45,019 bases of DNA from a virus (IMGVR_UViG_2687453529_000004); one strand, 5' to 3'; counted from the first letter of the stretch, positions 10,803 to 25,828 are shown. The notes: a model not told the origin generated them from the letters alone. Numbers and translations are program-made.

Positions 10803-11501
10803 TTACTGCGAAAGTTTGTTAATGGAAAGGAAGCCGCCAAAGTTGCCGACGTTATTGCGGAACTTACAACCGCTCAGGCATTTGCTGCATTTATCCTTCG
10901 TGATATCGGACGTTGGCTGGTCATATTCATCCGCGACCGCCGGACCGCTATAACCGCACTCGTCACCGCGATAGGTCCAGGTGCAGGTGTTGGCCAGCAT
11001 GATACGTCCCGGAAAAACAGCGCCATCCGTTTCCGTCGGCGTGGACAGTACAAAGGAGGCACTCACCGCGCTCAGTTCGCTGCACTGCTCAATGCGCCAG
11101 CGGCTGATCACCTCCTGCTCCGGATCGGCATAACTGTTTCCGTTGACGAAGTTCACCGCATCCAGAAAACGGGCGTAAACCTTACGCCGGACCACCGTTC
11201 CGCCGACCAGACTCTGCATATCTTCCGCCATCCCGGTGACCATACCGTACAGGTTAGAAACCGTCAGCGTGGGGCGCGTACTGGTGCCTTTGCCATTCAG
11301 TTCAAAACCGCTCCCCTGAATGGGATACGGCTGATACTGTCGCCCCTGCCAGGTGACCGGCTCACCTTTTTCGTTCTGCTCATTACAGAAAAAATAACGT
11401 TCTCCACCGACCTCTGTCAGGTCGATTTCCCAGAGCACCACGCTGGCCGACTGCTCCGCACGGGTGCATTCATTCAGTGTTTCCTGCCGGATATCCTGCA
11501 T
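10803..11501 (-). CDS. L: Minor tail protein L
   Basis: 232 aa, matches recalled lambda gpL. Confidence 0.9.
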   Translation of the reverse strand: MQDIRQETLNECTRAEQSASVVLWEIDLTEVGGERYFFCNEQNEKGEPVTWQGRQYQPYPIQGSGFELNGKGTSTRPTLTVSNLYGMVTGMAEDMQSLVGGTVVRRKVYARFLDAVNFVNGNSYADPEQEVISRWRIEQCSELSAVSASFVLSTPTETDGAVFPGRIMLANTCTWTYRGDECGYSGPAVADEYDQPTSDITKDKCSKCLSGCKFRNNVGNFGGFLSINKLSQ

Positions 11502-11830
11502 CAGTTCACCACCTGTTCAAACTCTGCGCTGAACTCAACACGCAGCATACTGACCCGCGACGACCATTTTGCGCAGGTCACCTTTATCTGCCGCCACTCA
11601 TAAGGCGGCGTCCACAGAAAGGCTTTCCAGCCCCCGTGCTCTTCCAGAAACGACTCCAGTACCGTGGCCTCCTCACGGGGGACAGAAAGCGTCACGCTGT
11701 ACGTTTTCAGGTTGGCATTCAGCCCGGCAGGCGCTCGCTGGGAACAGCCATCACCAAAGCGCACCTTTCTTACAGAAGGGGCCGAAGCCACATCCATACC
11801 GGGTTTCACTTTCCAGCGGAAGGTTTTCAT
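11501..11830 (-). CDS. M: Minor tail protein M
   Basis: 109 aa, matches recalled lambda gpM. Confidence 0.9.
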   Translation of the reverse strand: MKTFRWKVKPGMDVASAPSVRKVRFGDGCSQRAPAGLNANLKTYSVTLSVPREEATVLESFLEEHGGWKAFLWTPPYEWRQIKVTCAKWSSRVSMLRVEFSAEFEQVVN

Positions 11831-14389
11831 CGTCCACCTCCGGAGAACAGACCACCATCACGCATCTGTGTCTGAATTTCATCACGGGCACCCTTGCGGG
11901 CCATGTCATACACCGCCTTCAGAGCAGCCGGACCTATCTGCCCGTTCGTGCCGTCGTTGTTAATCACCACATGGTTATTCTGCTCAAACGTCCCGGACGC
12001 CTGCGACCGGCTGTCTGCCATGCTGCCCGGTGTACCGACATAACCGCCGGTGGCATAGCCGCGCATCAGCCGGTAAAGATTCCCCACGCCAATCCGGCTG
12101 GTTGCCTCCTTCGTGAAGACAAACTCACCACGGTGAACAATCCCCGCTGGCTCATATTTGCCGCCGGTTCCCGTAAATCCTCCGGTTGCAAAATGGAATT
12201 TCGCCGCAGCGGCCTGAATGGCTGTACCGCCTGACGCGGATGCGCCGCCACCAACAGCCCCGCCAATGGCGCTGCCGATACTCCCGACAATCCCCACCAT
12301 TGCCTGCTTAAGCAGAATTTCTGTCATCATGGACAGCACGGAACGGGTGAAGCTGCGCCAGTTCTGCTCACTGCCGGTCAGCATCGCCGCCATATTCTGT
12401 GCAATACCATCAAAGGTCTGCGTGGCTGCACTTTTTACCTGCGACATACTGTCCGTGGCGCTCTCTTCCCACTCACTCCAGCCGGACTTCAGGCCTGCCA
12501 TCCAGCTCCCGCGAAGCTGGTCTTCAGCCGCCCAGGTCTTTTTCTGCTCTGACATGACGTTATTCAGCGCCAGCGGATTATCGCCATACTGTTCCTTCAG
12601 GCGCTGTTCCGTGGCTTCCCGTTCTGCCTGCCGGTCAGTCAGCCCCCGGCTTTTCGCATCAATGGCGGCCCGTTTTGCCCGTTGCTGCTGTGCGAATTTA
12701 TCCGCCTGCTGCGCCAGCGCGTTCAGGCGCTCCTGATACGTAACCTTGTCGCCAAGTGCAGCCAGCTGGCGTTTGTACTCCAGCGTCTCATCTTTATGCG
12801 CCAGCAGGGATTTCTCCTGTGCGGACAGCTGGCGACGTTGTGCCGCCTCCTCCAGTACCGCGAACTGACTTTCTGCCTTCCACAAATCCCGGCGCTGCTG
12901 GCTGATTTTCTCATTCGCTCCGGCATGCTTCTCCAGCGTCCGGAGTTCTGCCTGAAGCGTCAGCAGGGCAGCATGAGCACTGTCTTCCTGACGATCGCCC
13001 GCAGACACTTTCACGCCGGACTGTTTCGGCTTTTTCAGCGTCGCTTCATAATCCTTTTTCGCCGCCGCCATCAGCGTGTTGTAATCTGCCTGCAGGATTT
13101 TCCCGTCTTTCAGTGCCTTGTTCAGTTCTTCCTGACGGGCGGTATATTTCTCCAGCGGCGTCTGCAGCCGTTCGTAAGCCTTCTGCGCCTCTTCGGTATA
13201 TTTCAGCCGTGACGCTTCGGTATCGCTCTGCTGCTGCGCATTTTTGTCCTGTTGAGTCTGCTGCTCAGCCTTCTTTCGGGCGGCTTCAAGCGCAAGACGG
13301 GCCTTTTCACGATCATCCCAGTAACGCGCCCGCGCTTCATCGTTAACAAAATAATCATCCTTGCGCAGATTCCAGATGTCGTCTGCTTTCTTAAACGCAG
13401 CCTCTGCCTTAATCAGCATCTCCTGCGCGGTATCAGGACGACCAATATCCAGCACCGCATCCCACATGGATTTGAATGCCCGCGCAGTCCTGTCTGCCCA
13501 GGTCTCCAGCGTGCCCATGTTCTCTTTCAGGCGGCGGGTCTGGTCATCAAACCCTTTCGTTGCGGCCTCGTTCGCCGCCTGCAATGCCCCGGCTTCATCG
13601 CCGGAACGCTGCAACTGAGCAACATACGCAATCTGCTCCGCCGTCACGTTATGGAACTGGCGTGCCATCGCCGTCAGCCCCGACGTCGGGTCTGTGGTCA
13701 GCTTCCCGAAGGCTTCAGCGACCTTGTCCACCTCCACGCCGGATGCAGAGGAGAAACGCGCCACACTCTGGCTGATGGACGCAATCTGAGCCTCACCGCT
13801 TACCCCCGCCTTAACCAGTGCGCTGAGTGACTCGCTGGTCTGGTTAAACGTCAGCCCTGCCGCCTGCCCGGCTCTGGACAGGACCAGCATACGATCTGCC
13901 GTCAGACCCGACTGATGACCGGAAAGGACCAGCGTTTTGTTGAAATCGGACAGGGTTGAGTTGCCCTGATACCAGGCATACGCCAGCGCACCGGTCGCCA
14001 CCGCCAGCGAGGTGGCCCCCACCATCGGCAGGGTGATCGCACCGGCAAGCCCCCTGAACATGGGGATCATCCCGCCGAAGGAGTCCTTCACCTGCCCCCC
14101 CCTGTTGCAGCAGGATCAGCCACGGACTTTGCCCGCCTGCAAGCTGCGTGGCCACGTCAGTGAACTGCGCAGGCAGCATACGCATGGCAGCTTTATACTG
14201 CCCGACGGAAATCCCCGCTTTCTGTGCAGCCAGCGCCTGTCGGCTCAGCGACTGTTCAACGACTGCCGCTGTTTTTTTCGCATCACTTTCCGTACCGGAA
14301 AAATGACGCCTGACTCTGGCCATCTGCTCGTCAAATCTGGCCGCATCCAGACTCAAATCAACGACCAGATCGCCTACCGGTTCAGCCAT
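11827..14389 (-). pseudogene. H: Tail tape measure gene H, split by a +1 frameshift in a G8 run
   Basis: N-terminal 99 aa (from 14389) and C-terminal 754 aa (to 11827) are in different frames and together give 853 aa, the lambda gpH length; junction at the C8/G8 homopolymer 14096-14103. Confidence 0.8.
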
Positions 14390-14816
14390 ACCGGACTCCT
14401 CCTGCGATCCCTTCTGATACTGTCATCAGCATTGCGTCATCCTCCGTCATGTCCGCCACATCCGGGGAAGTAGGGATAACTTCATTCCCGTCCGGGCCAA
14501 AGCGGACACCTCCGGCAAGCCCTGCCGCTTTCTGCATCAGCACATCATCTTCAGGCTCTTCGTCAGCCTCGCGCCGGTTCAGCAGACTGAAATCCAGCGG
14601 ATGCATATCCGGATCGCTGAAAAACAGGCTGAGCACGGTGTACGTCAGCCCGGAAAAGTGCATATCCAGCAGAACATCATGAAAATAATGGGTACTGTAA
14701 AAGCGGTGCCAGTCGGCATACTCCGTGGATGACATCCCGGCAAGCATGGCACGCCAGTCGGGTCGCCCCATCTCACGCGCCAGTTTCAGGGCAAAACTCA
14801 GCTCACCGTCGAACAC
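14382..14816 (-). CDS. T: Tail assembly protein T frame, expressed as G-T by programmed -1 frameshift
   Basis: 144-codon ORF overlapping the 3' end of G in the -1 frame; matches recalled lambda gpT. Confidence 0.8.
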   Translation of the reverse strand: MFDGELSFALKLAREMGRPDWRAMLAGMSSTEYADWHRFYSTHYFHDVLLDMHFSGLTYTVLSLFFSDPDMHPLDFSLLNRREADEEPEDDVLMQKAAGLAGGVRFGPDGNEVIPTSPDVADMTEDDAMLMTVSEGIAGGVRYG

Positions 14817-15220
14817 TTTCCCGCAGAAACAGGTTCTGCGGGCCCGGCGTCCTCTGCCTGTTCAGGGGCATTATTCACCACAAACTCATACATACCAGAC
14901 AGCCGGTACACCACGTTTTCAGCATGAGAAATTGCCTCTGTGGGCCAGGTGGTAAGCACTTCCTGCTCAATCTGTTTAACGGCTTCATTCATGGAAGGCT
15001 GCTTTGTCTTCTGCGGATGGTTATGCCACAGGGACATCGCCACCAGAAACGCGCCGGTTCTGATGGCGTCTTCCACAGTAAACTTCCGGTTGCTGTCTGA
15101 CTCCGCCTGTTCTGCCTGCCGTTTCATCAGGGCGAGATGCTCAATACGCTGCAGGGCTGACAGTTCAGAAAGCGTGACGGTCACACCGTTATGTTCAAAT
15201 GATTCGGTTTTCAGGAACAT
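14798..15220 (-). CDS. G: Tail assembly chaperone G
   Basis: 140 aa, matches recalled lambda gpG. Confidence 0.9.
   Translation of the reverse strand: MFLKTESFEHNGVTVTLSELSALQRIEHLALMKRQAEQAESDSNRKFTVEDAIRTGAFLVAMSLWHNHPQKTKQPSMNEAVKQIEQEVLTTWPTEAISHAENVVYRLSGMYEFVVNNAPEQAEDAGPAEPVSAGKCSTVS
14816..14822 (-). promoter_or_regulatory. G-T programmed -1 ribosomal frameshift slippery heptamer GGGAAAG
   Basis: Minus-strand GGGAAAG located 5 codons before the G stop, at the G/T overlap. Confidence 0.7.
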
Positions 15221-15235
15221 CTCTGACTCTCCGGA

Positions 15236-15976
15236 TTAACTGGCGGTGACGGTGATTTCTGCAACCGCAGCAAACTCACCATTACCGGATACAATCGGAA
15301 TGTTGACCTTGCCTGCAGCAACGCCATTCACGGTGATGGTCATACCACTGACCGACACGGTGGCTTTTGTTTTATCCGCTGACACCGCACGGAAGCTCTT
15401 GTCGGTTGCGCCTTCCGGCTGGAATGCCACGGTCAGCGTGGTGCTCTTCCCTTTCACTACGGAAGCGCTGGCTGGCGTCACGGTCATACCGGTTACCGCT
15501 GTTACCGTGCTGCGATCTTCTGCCATCGACGGACGTCCCACATTGGTGACTTTCACCGTGCGGGTGATCACTTCCTTCGCCGTCACCGCCTTACCGATAC
15601 TGCTGACCCAGCCGCGGAACACATCGACCGTGCCGTTCGGGAAGCGGATTTTATAGGCACGGGTATCACCTTCATTAAACCACGCCAGCAGCGCCTGCTG
15701 CCCCTGCTCTCCGGGCATCCACGCCAGCGTGAAGCTGGTATCTCCGGCGGATTTCTGCCCCTGTCCGGTCGCGGTCCAGTCCGCATCTTCATCATCGAGA
15801 TAACTGTCGTCATAGGACTCAGCGGTCAGTTCGCCGGGCGTCAGGTCTTTAACCTTTGCCAGACGCGACCAGTCATTGTCTGAAAGCGGGTTTGCATAAG
15901 GGTCGCCGCTCCCGTTATAAACCCACAGGGTGGTCCCGGCCCCTTTCACCGGTGCCAGAGGATTTGGTGTTGGCAT
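15236..15976 (-). CDS. V: Major tail protein V
   Basis: 246 aa from [18 protein letters not shown]; matches recalled lambda gpV, including the C-terminal Ig-like domain. Confidence 0.9.
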   Translation of the reverse strand: MPTPNPLAPVKGAGTTLWVYNGSGDPYANPLSDNDWSRLAKVKDLTPGELTAESYDDSYLDDEDADWTATGQGQKSAGDTSFTLAWMPGEQGQQALLAWFNEGDTRAYKIRFPNGTVDVFRGWVSSIGKAVTAKEVITRTVKVTNVGRPSMAEDRSTVTAVTGMTVTPASASVVKGKSTTLTVAFQPEGATDKSFRAVSADKTKATVSVSGMTITVNGVAAGKVNIPIVSGNGEFAAVAEITVTAS

Positions 15977-15983
15977 ATCGTCC

Positions 15984-16379
15984 TCACATTTCATAGGTAA
16001 TGACATAAGTCAGATCGGCTGAACTCCACAGGCCCGCATCATCGTCGCGCCGGTAGTCATAGCCACTGGCCACCATACTGGTGATCAAATCTGACAGTGC
16101 CGGGATATCGCTCATCACCGGATAAATCCGGGACTCCATCCACGCATCCAGCTCTGAATCCGGCACCTGAGCAGGCAGGAAAACTTCGATATGCAGCTCC
16201 GCCTGCCAGGTATCGCTGTCCAGCTCTTCGCCCGTGTATTCAGCGCCGGTGAGATAAACGGCAACTGCCGGAAAATCCGCCTCATCAAAAACAGCGGGGC
16301 GACCATCAAAAAACGTCGCCCCGGTGTCATGCTTCTCCAGTGCATCCAGTACGGCTGCGCGGAGTTCAGTATGTTTCAT
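15984..16379 (-). CDS. U: Tail terminator protein U
   Basis: 131 aa, matches recalled lambda gpU. Confidence 0.9.
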   Translation of the reverse strand: MKHTELRAAVLDALEKHDTGATFFDGRPAVFDEADFPAVAVYLTGAEYTGEELDSDTWQAELHIEVFLPAQVPDSELDAWMESRIYPVMSDIPALSDLITSMVASGYDYRRDDDAGLWSSADLTYVITYEM

Positions 16380-16954
16380 CGCTTTATTACCATTCTCAGT
16401 TGATGCTGCAGCGCATAGCCCAGCTCTTTCGGAAGACGTTCACGCCGTATCCGCTCAATATTCTGTTTAAACGCCGTGGTCAGCGGCACCGCCATCGGAA
16501 TTTTCACCACATCAATGGGGTAACGGTTTTTCCCGGCCACACGCTGCATGACATGCCACCGGCCATTTTTCAGTTGCTGAATAAACGCGCCGGGAATACG
16601 ACGGTTTCCCACCACAAGCACGCTGCCGCCACCTTTCAGGGATGAACGCTGCCCCTTTTTACGACGCCTGCGGCGCGAAAGGACAACCCGCGCATTACCC
16701 AGCTTGATTACGGGCAAATCCCCCCGGTTAACCTTGATTCTGGCCTGCGGATTTTTGACCGTGGCCCTTTTCAGCCTGGCCCTTTCCTTTACCAGTTTCC
16801 GGCGTACCTTTGTCTCACGGGCAACCTGTGACGCCGACTGCGATATCGCGGATGAAGCAACTCGGTTAATGGCCATTGCGGCGGCACCGGGCACCGCCGT
16901 TCTGCTGATACGGCTGAGGTTTTCAACGGCCTGCTCAAGACCTTTTATGGCCAT
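16376..16954 (-). CDS. Z: Tail completion protein Z
   Basis: 192 aa, matches recalled lambda gpZ. Confidence 0.9.
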   Translation of the reverse strand: MAIKGLEQAVENLSRISRTAVPGAAAMAINRVASSAISQSASQVARETKVRRKLVKERARLKRATVKNPQARIKVNRGDLPVIKLGNARVVLSRRRRRKKGQRSSLKGGGSVLVVGNRRIPGAFIQQLKNGRWHVMQRVAGKNRYPIDVVKIPMAVPLTTAFKQNIERIRRERLPKELGYALQHQLRMVIKR

Positions 16955-16965
16955 ACATCCCCCTT

Positions 16966-17319
16966 TCAGCGGCGACGGTTAACGGCAGGCGGTACGCCCC
17001 GTCCAAGCCAGAGATGACAGCTTCCGCCATCATCCGGCGAAACCCGATCTACCCAGAAATTTTCCTCACCGATGGTCAGCGTGTCTCCACGCCGCAGCTG
17101 CCGCACCTCATCAGTCCGGACAAACAGGGACGGGCTGGAGCCTTCAACGCGCACGCCCTGTCCGGCATAGCTGATATTTTCAGGGTCATCAAAAACACCA
17201 CGTATCACCGCACCTGACTGCTCACCGGATGTAATGGTGGCTGACGTTCCCATGTACCCGCGTATCGTTTCATCGGCGCGGGCAATGGCAGCATCGAACA
17301 GGTTATCGAAATCAGCCAC
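16966..17319 (-). CDS. FII: Head-tail joining protein FII
   Basis: 117 aa, matches recalled lambda gpFII. Confidence 0.9.
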   Translation of the reverse strand: MADFDNLFDAAIARADETIRGYMGTSATITSGEQSGAVIRGVFDDPENISYAGQGVRVEGSSPSLFVRTDEVRQLRRGDTLTIGEENFWVDRVSPDDGGSCHLWLGRGVPPAVNRRR

Positions 17320-17330
17320 AGCGCCTCCCG

Positions 17331-17729
17331 TTATTGCATTCTGGCCAGGCCGCGCTCTGTCATTTCGGCTGCCACACCGGCAGAGACACGAAACGCCGTT
17401 CCCGGCAGCACAAATGCCACAGGTTCATCCCGCGTGGCGTGAAGTGCATCAGTATGCAGCTTCACCAGTGCCACGACCGTGACCAGTTCAGACGTATCCA
17501 GAATCACGGTATCCGGCTGCGCTGATCCCACCTCATTTTCATGTCCGGTCAGCACATTTTCCCGGCTGAGAGGGGTGTCCTGACCGGCAGTTTCATCCGT
17601 GTCATCAAGCTCCTCTTTCAGCTCTGCCACACGGAGCGCCAGTTCTTCTTTCGTCCCCGTCAGGCTGACATCACGGTTCAGTTGTTCACCCAGCGAGCGG
17701 AGACGGGCAATCAGTTCATCTTTCGTCAT
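17331..17729 (-). CDS. FI: DNA packaging protein FI
   Basis: Start at MTKDELIARLRSL, 132 aa; matches recalled lambda gpFI. Confidence 0.85.
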   Translation of the reverse strand: MTKDELIARLRSLGEQLNRDVSLTGTKEELALRVAELKEELDDTDETAGQDTPLSRENVLTGHENEVGSAQPDTVILDTSELVTVVALVKLHTDALHATRDEPVAFVLPGTAFRVSAGVAAEMTERGLARMQ

Positions 17730-17770
17730 GGACTCCTCCACAGAGAAACAATGGCCCCGAAGGGCCATGA

Positions 17771-18796
17771 TTACGCCAGTTGAACGGACACGAACTCATC
17801 AGGATCAGCCAGCAGCATCAGCGGTGCTGACTGAATCATGGTGAACTCACGCGCCGGATCGCCGGTAGTCACCCAGTTTTTCGGGTAACGGGCAGAGGCG
17901 TTAATGCCTTCGCGCTGTGCGTCCGCATCCTGAATGCAGCCATAGGTGCGCAGACCGCGAGCCTGAGTGTTCCCCAGCACCATCGTGTTGTCCGGCAGGA
18001 AGTTCTTTTTGACGCCGTTTTCCACGTACTGTCCGGAATACACGACGATGGCCACATCGCCATACATTCCCTTATAGGACACCGCTTTGCCCAGGTCTTT
18101 TACCGCTGTCTCCAGCTCGGAATGAGAGCCGCGACGGGTATCCAGCTTCTCCTTGACGGCTTTGAAGGAACGGAACAGCGCCCAGCCTTTCGGATCAAAC
18201 ACGATGATATTCACCACACCGCTGGCGTTCAGCGCGTAGGCTTCGATATCGTCGGTCGGGTCATACGTGGACTTGTCACGCTTGCTCCACTCCGTGCCGC
18301 CGGACTGCGTGATGTTATTCGCCTCACTGCGGCCCATATCCACCTCAACCGGATCGAAGGCTTCACCGGTCATGGTATATTTGCCCTTAAGCACGGCAGA
18401 AACTGCCTGCATCTCTTCGACCTGAGCAATGGCCAGCTCTTCGTCACGCATGTTCTGCATGATGATGCGACGGCGGCGGTAAGCCGGGTCCGCCAGATTC
18501 TGCGGATCTTCATCCGGCAGGCGACGCAGGGTCATCTGCGGATTCACTTCATGCTTGGGTTTGACATATCCCGGCGTAAATTCAGAGGTGGAGCCGCCAC
18601 GGGAACGGATAACCTCACCGGAAACAATCGGCGAAACGTACAGCGCCATGTTTACCAGTCCCGGAATTTGTGAGAGATAGACTTTCTCCGTAGTGAAGGG
18701 ATAGCTCTCACGGAAAAAGAGACGCAGAAACAGCGGATCAAACTTAAATTTCTGCTCATTTGCCGCCAGCAGCTGGGCGGTTGTGTACATCGACAT
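17771..18796 (-). CDS. E: Major capsid protein E
   Basis: Start at MSMYTTAQLL, 341 aa; matches recalled lambda gpE. Confidence 0.9.
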   Translation of the reverse strand: MSMYTTAQLLAANEQKFKFDPLFLRLFFRESYPFTTEKVYLSQIPGLVNMALYVSPIVSGEVIRSRGGSTSEFTPGYVKPKHEVNPQMTLRRLPDEDPQNLADPAYRRRRIIMQNMRDEELAIAQVEEMQAVSAVLKGKYTMTGEAFDPVEVDMGRSEANNITQSGGTEWSKRDKSTYDPTDDIEAYALNASGVVNIIVFDPKGWALFRSFKAVKEKLDTRRGSHSELETAVKDLGKAVSYKGMYGDVAIVVYSGQYVENGVKKNFLPDNTMVLGNTQARGLRTYGCIQDADAQREGINASARYPKNWVTTGDPAREFTMIQSAPLMLLADPDEFVSVQLA

Positions 18797-18851
18797 AAAA
18801 AAATCCCGTAAAAAAAGCCGCACAGGCGGCCTTTAGTGATGAAGGGTAAAG

Positions 18852-19184
18852 TTAAACGATGCTGATTGCCGTTCCGGCAAACGCGGTCCGTTTTTTCGTC
18901 TCGTCGCTGGCAGCCTCCGGCCAGAGCACATCCTCATAACGGAACGTGCCGGACTTGTAGAACGTCAGCGTGGTGCTGGTCTGGTCAGCAGCAACCGCAA
19001 GAATGCCAACGGCAGCACCGTCGGTGGTGCCATCCCACGCAACCAGCTTACGGCTGGAGGTGTCCAGCATCAGCGGGGTCATTGCAGGCGCTTTCGCACT
19101 CAATCCGCCGGGCGCGGTTGCGGTATGAGCCGGGTCACTGTTGCCCTGCGGCTGGTAATGGGTAAAGGTTTCTTTGCTCGTCAT
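18852..19184 (-). CDS. D: Head decoration protein D
   Basis: Start at [11 protein letters not shown], 110 aa; matches recalled lambda gpD. Confidence 0.9.
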
Positions 19185-19193
19185 AAACATCCC

Positions 19194-19799
19194 TTACACT
19201 GGTGTGTTCAGCAAATCGTTAACGGCATCAGATGCCGGGTTACCTGCAGCCAGCGGTGCCGGTGCCCCCTGCATCAGACGATCCAGCGCAGTGTCACTGC
19301 GCGCCTGTGCACTCTGTGGTGCTGCGGCCAGAATGCGGCGGGCCGTTTTCACGGTCATACCGGGGGTTTCTGCCAGCACGCGTGCCTGTTCTTCGCGTCC
19401 GTGAGCCTCCTCACAGTTGAGGATCCCCATAATGCGGCTGTTTTCTGCCGCAACCGCTGCGGTGATCTGCGCGTTCACGTCCGGCTGCGCCGCGCTGGCG
19501 TTCTCGCCCTCCGTCGCTGGCACCACGTCAGTAACGTCAGCCTGCGAAGCAGTGGCTGAAACAGTTGTTGATTGAGTCTCTTTGGTCATTCGCCCTCCTG
19601 AGAGACGGGATTTACGTGCATCCAGTGCATCACGCATGACGGTGATCGCATCGGTGCTGTTAACAAGTTCATCAGCCAGTCCGGCATCAATGGCCTCCTG
19701 ACCGCTGTACACTGCAGCCTCGGTATCCAGCACAGCCTGCACGGACAGGCCGGTATATGCCGACACCTTCTGTGCAAACATCCGGCGGGTTGCATCCAT
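19194..19799 (-). CDS. Nu3: Scaffolding protein Nu3, in-frame internal start within C
   Basis: Internal Met (MDATRRMFAQ...) gives 201 aa sharing the C stop, as recalled for lambda. Confidence 0.55.
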   Translation of the reverse strand: MDATRRMFAQKVSAYTGLSVQAVLDTEAAVYSGQEAIDAGLADELVNSTDAITVMRDALDARKSRLSGGRMTKETQSTTVSATASQADVTDVVPATEGENASAAQPDVNAQITAAVAAENSRIMGILNCEEAHGREEQARVLAETPGMTVKTARRILAAAPQSAQARSDTALDRLMQGAPAPLAAGNPASDAVNDLLNTPV

Positions 19800-20493
19800 C
19801 CGGGACTGCAGTGTTTCCCGGACATCATCCGGTAGATGGCTGTAGGGGTTGCCATCCACCTTATGGCTGCCGCTGTAAATCAGCGTGATTTCCACGCCCT
19901 GTTTCTCCAGCGCAGCACCGTAATTACTGTGAGCCATCATGACGCCGATGGAGCCTGTCCGGGCGGTCTGCGTGACCAGACGCCGGGAGGCGGCGCTGGC
20001 AAGCAGCTGACCTGCACTGCAGTTCATGTCGTTGGCCAGCGCCCATACCGGTTTTATGTCTCGCACACGGGCGATGATGTCAGCACAGTCAAATGCTCCC
20101 GCCACCATCCCGCCCGGTGTGTCCATATCCAGCAGAATGCCGTCCACCATCGGATCGCTGGCAGCCTGTTGCAGACGGGCGATAATGCCGTTGTAACCGG
20201 TCATTCCCGAATACGGCTGCAGCGCCCGCGTCCGGCTGACCAGCGTACCGGACACCGGCAGCACGGCGATGCCGTTCATGACCTGATAACTGCGGGCCTG
20301 TCGTGGTCCGTCATCATCACCGGATAACGCCAGCGCCGCGGGTGCCTCTCCGGCAGTCAGGCTGTCGCCGGATACTGCATCCGTCAGGCGGCTGATCCCA
20401 AACTGGCCTGCAAGCGCACAAAAGAAAACCCGCGCATAGGCGGGTTCAAGCATCAGCGGCTCATTAAAAGCCATGCTGGCAATATGCGGGAGA

Positions 20494-20513
<20 letters not shown>
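19194..20513 (-). CDS. C: Capsid assembly protease C
   Basis: 439 aa from a GTG start (VTAELRNLPHIASMAF); matches recalled lambda gpC. Confidence 0.85.
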
Positions 20514-24193
<3,680 letters not shown>

Positions 24194-24219
<26 letters not shown>

Positions 24220-24739
24220 TCAGCAACCCCGGTATCAGTTCATCCAGCGCGGCTGCTTTGTTCATGGCTTTGATAATATCCCGTTTCAGGAAATCAACAT
24301 GTCGGTTTTCCAGTTCCGGAAAACGCCGCTGCACCGACAGGGGGAGCCCGTCGAGAATACTGGCAATTTCACCTGCGATCCGCGACAACACGAAAGTACA
24401 GAATGCGGTTTCCACCACTTCAGCGGAGTCTCTGGCATTCTTCAGTTCCTGTGCGTCGGCCTGCGCACGCGTAAGTCGATGGCGTTCGTACTCAATAGTT
24501 CCTGGCTGGAGATCTGCCTCGCTGGCCTGCCGCAGTTCTTCAACCTCCCGGCGCAGCTTTTCGTTCTCAATTTCAGCATCCCTTTCGGCATACCATTTTA
24601 TGACGGCGGCAGAGTCATAAAGCACCTCATTACCCTTGCCACCGCCTCGCAGAACGGGCATTCCCTGTTCCTGCCAGTTCTGAATGGTACGGATACTCGC
24701 ACCGAAAATGTCAGCCAGCTGCTTTTTGTTGACTTCCAT
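24194..24739 (-). CDS. Nu1: Terminase small subunit Nu1
   Basis: 181 aa, matches recalled lambda gpNu1. Confidence 0.9.
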
Positions 24740-24916
24740 TGTTCATTCCACGGACAAAAACAGAGAAAGGAAACGACAGAGGCCAAAAAGCTCGCTTTCA
24801 GCACCTGTCGTTTCCTTTCTTTTCAGAGGGTATTTTAAATAAAAACATTAAGTTATGACGAAGAAGAACGGAAACGCCTTAAACCGGAAATTTTTCATAA
24901 ATAGCGAAAACCCGCG

Positions 24917-24928
24917 AGGTCGCCGCCC
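24917..24928. other. cosN cohesive-end site, within cos region ~24740-24960
   Basis: + strand AGGTCGCCGCCC is the reverse complement of the lambda 12-nt cohesive end GGGCGGCGACCT; flanking sequence matches recalled lambda cos, directly upstream of Nu1. Confidence 0.8.
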
Positions 24929-25127
24929 CGTAACCTGTCGGATCGCCGGAAAGGACCCGCAAAATGATAATAATTATCATCTGCATGTCACAACGTGCAT
25001 CTACGCCATCAAACCACGTCAAATAATCAATTATGACGCAGGTATCATATTAATTGATCTGCATCAACTTAACGTAAAAACAACTTCAGACAATACAAAT
25101 CAGCGACACTAAATACGGGACAACCTC

Positions 25128-25361
25128 ATGTCAACGAAGAACAGAACCCGCAGAACAACAATCCGCAACATCCGCTTTCCTAACCAAATGATTGAACAAA
25201 TTAACATCGCTCTTGATCAAAAAGGGTCCGGGAATTTCTCAGCCTGGGTCATTGAAGCCTGCCGCCGGAGACTGTGCTCAGAAAAAAGAGTTTCTCCTGA
25301 AGCAAACAAAGAAAAGAGTGACATTACTGAATTGCTCAGAAAACAGATCAGACCAGATTGA
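25128..25361 (+). CDS. Hypothetical small protein near cos (lambda right-end ORF-like)
   Basis: 77 aa ORF; sequence recalled as conserved at the lambda right end. Confidence 0.4.
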   Translation: MSTKNRTRRTTIRNIRFPNQMIEQINIALDQKGSGNFSAWVIEACRRRLCSEKRVSPEANKEKSDITELLRKQIRPD

Positions 25362-25417
25362 AGCAATTTAGATAATCGTGCAGACTACGCCCCTCATATC
25401 ACATGGAAGGTACCACA

Positions 25418-25828
25418 ATGGCTCAGGTTGCCATTTTTAAACAAATATTCGATAAAGTGCGAAATAATTTAAACTATCACTGGTTTTATTCTGAACTAAA
25501 ACGTCACAATGTCTCACATTACATTTACTATTTAGCTACAGAGAATATTCATCTTGTTCTTGAAAACGATAATACGGTTTTAATAAAAGGACAGGGTAAG
25601 GTTGTAAATGTAAGATTTTCAAAAAATAAATGCCTTATAGAAGCCACCTTAAAAGGATTCAAATCAGGAGAGTTATCATTTTACGAATACAGGAAAAATC
25701 TTGCTACAGCAGGGGTTTTCAGATGGATTACAAATATCCACGAAAACAAAAGGTATTACTATACCTTTGATAATTCATTACTCTTTACTGAGAACATTCA
25801 GAACACTACACAAATATTTCCGCACTAA
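25418..25828 (+). CDS. ybcV: YbcV-like protein (DUF1398 family)
   Basis: 136 aa from [11 protein letters not shown]; recalled as DLP12 ybcV / lambda right-end envelope-protein homologue. Confidence 0.55.
   Translation: MAQVAIFKQIFDKVRNNLNYHWFYSELKRHNVSHYIYYLATENIHLVLENDNTVLIKGQGKVVNVRFSKNKCLIEATLKGFKSGELSFYEYRKNLATAGVFRWITNIHENKRYYYTFDNSLLFTENIQNTTQIFPH

Noticed and set aside
10791-14091. Multiple + strand ORFs of 100-270 aa (e.g. 10791-11603, 11569-12234, 12682-13212, 13252-13830)
   Set aside because: All lie antisense to well-supported lambda tail genes L, M and H; treated as shadow ORFs
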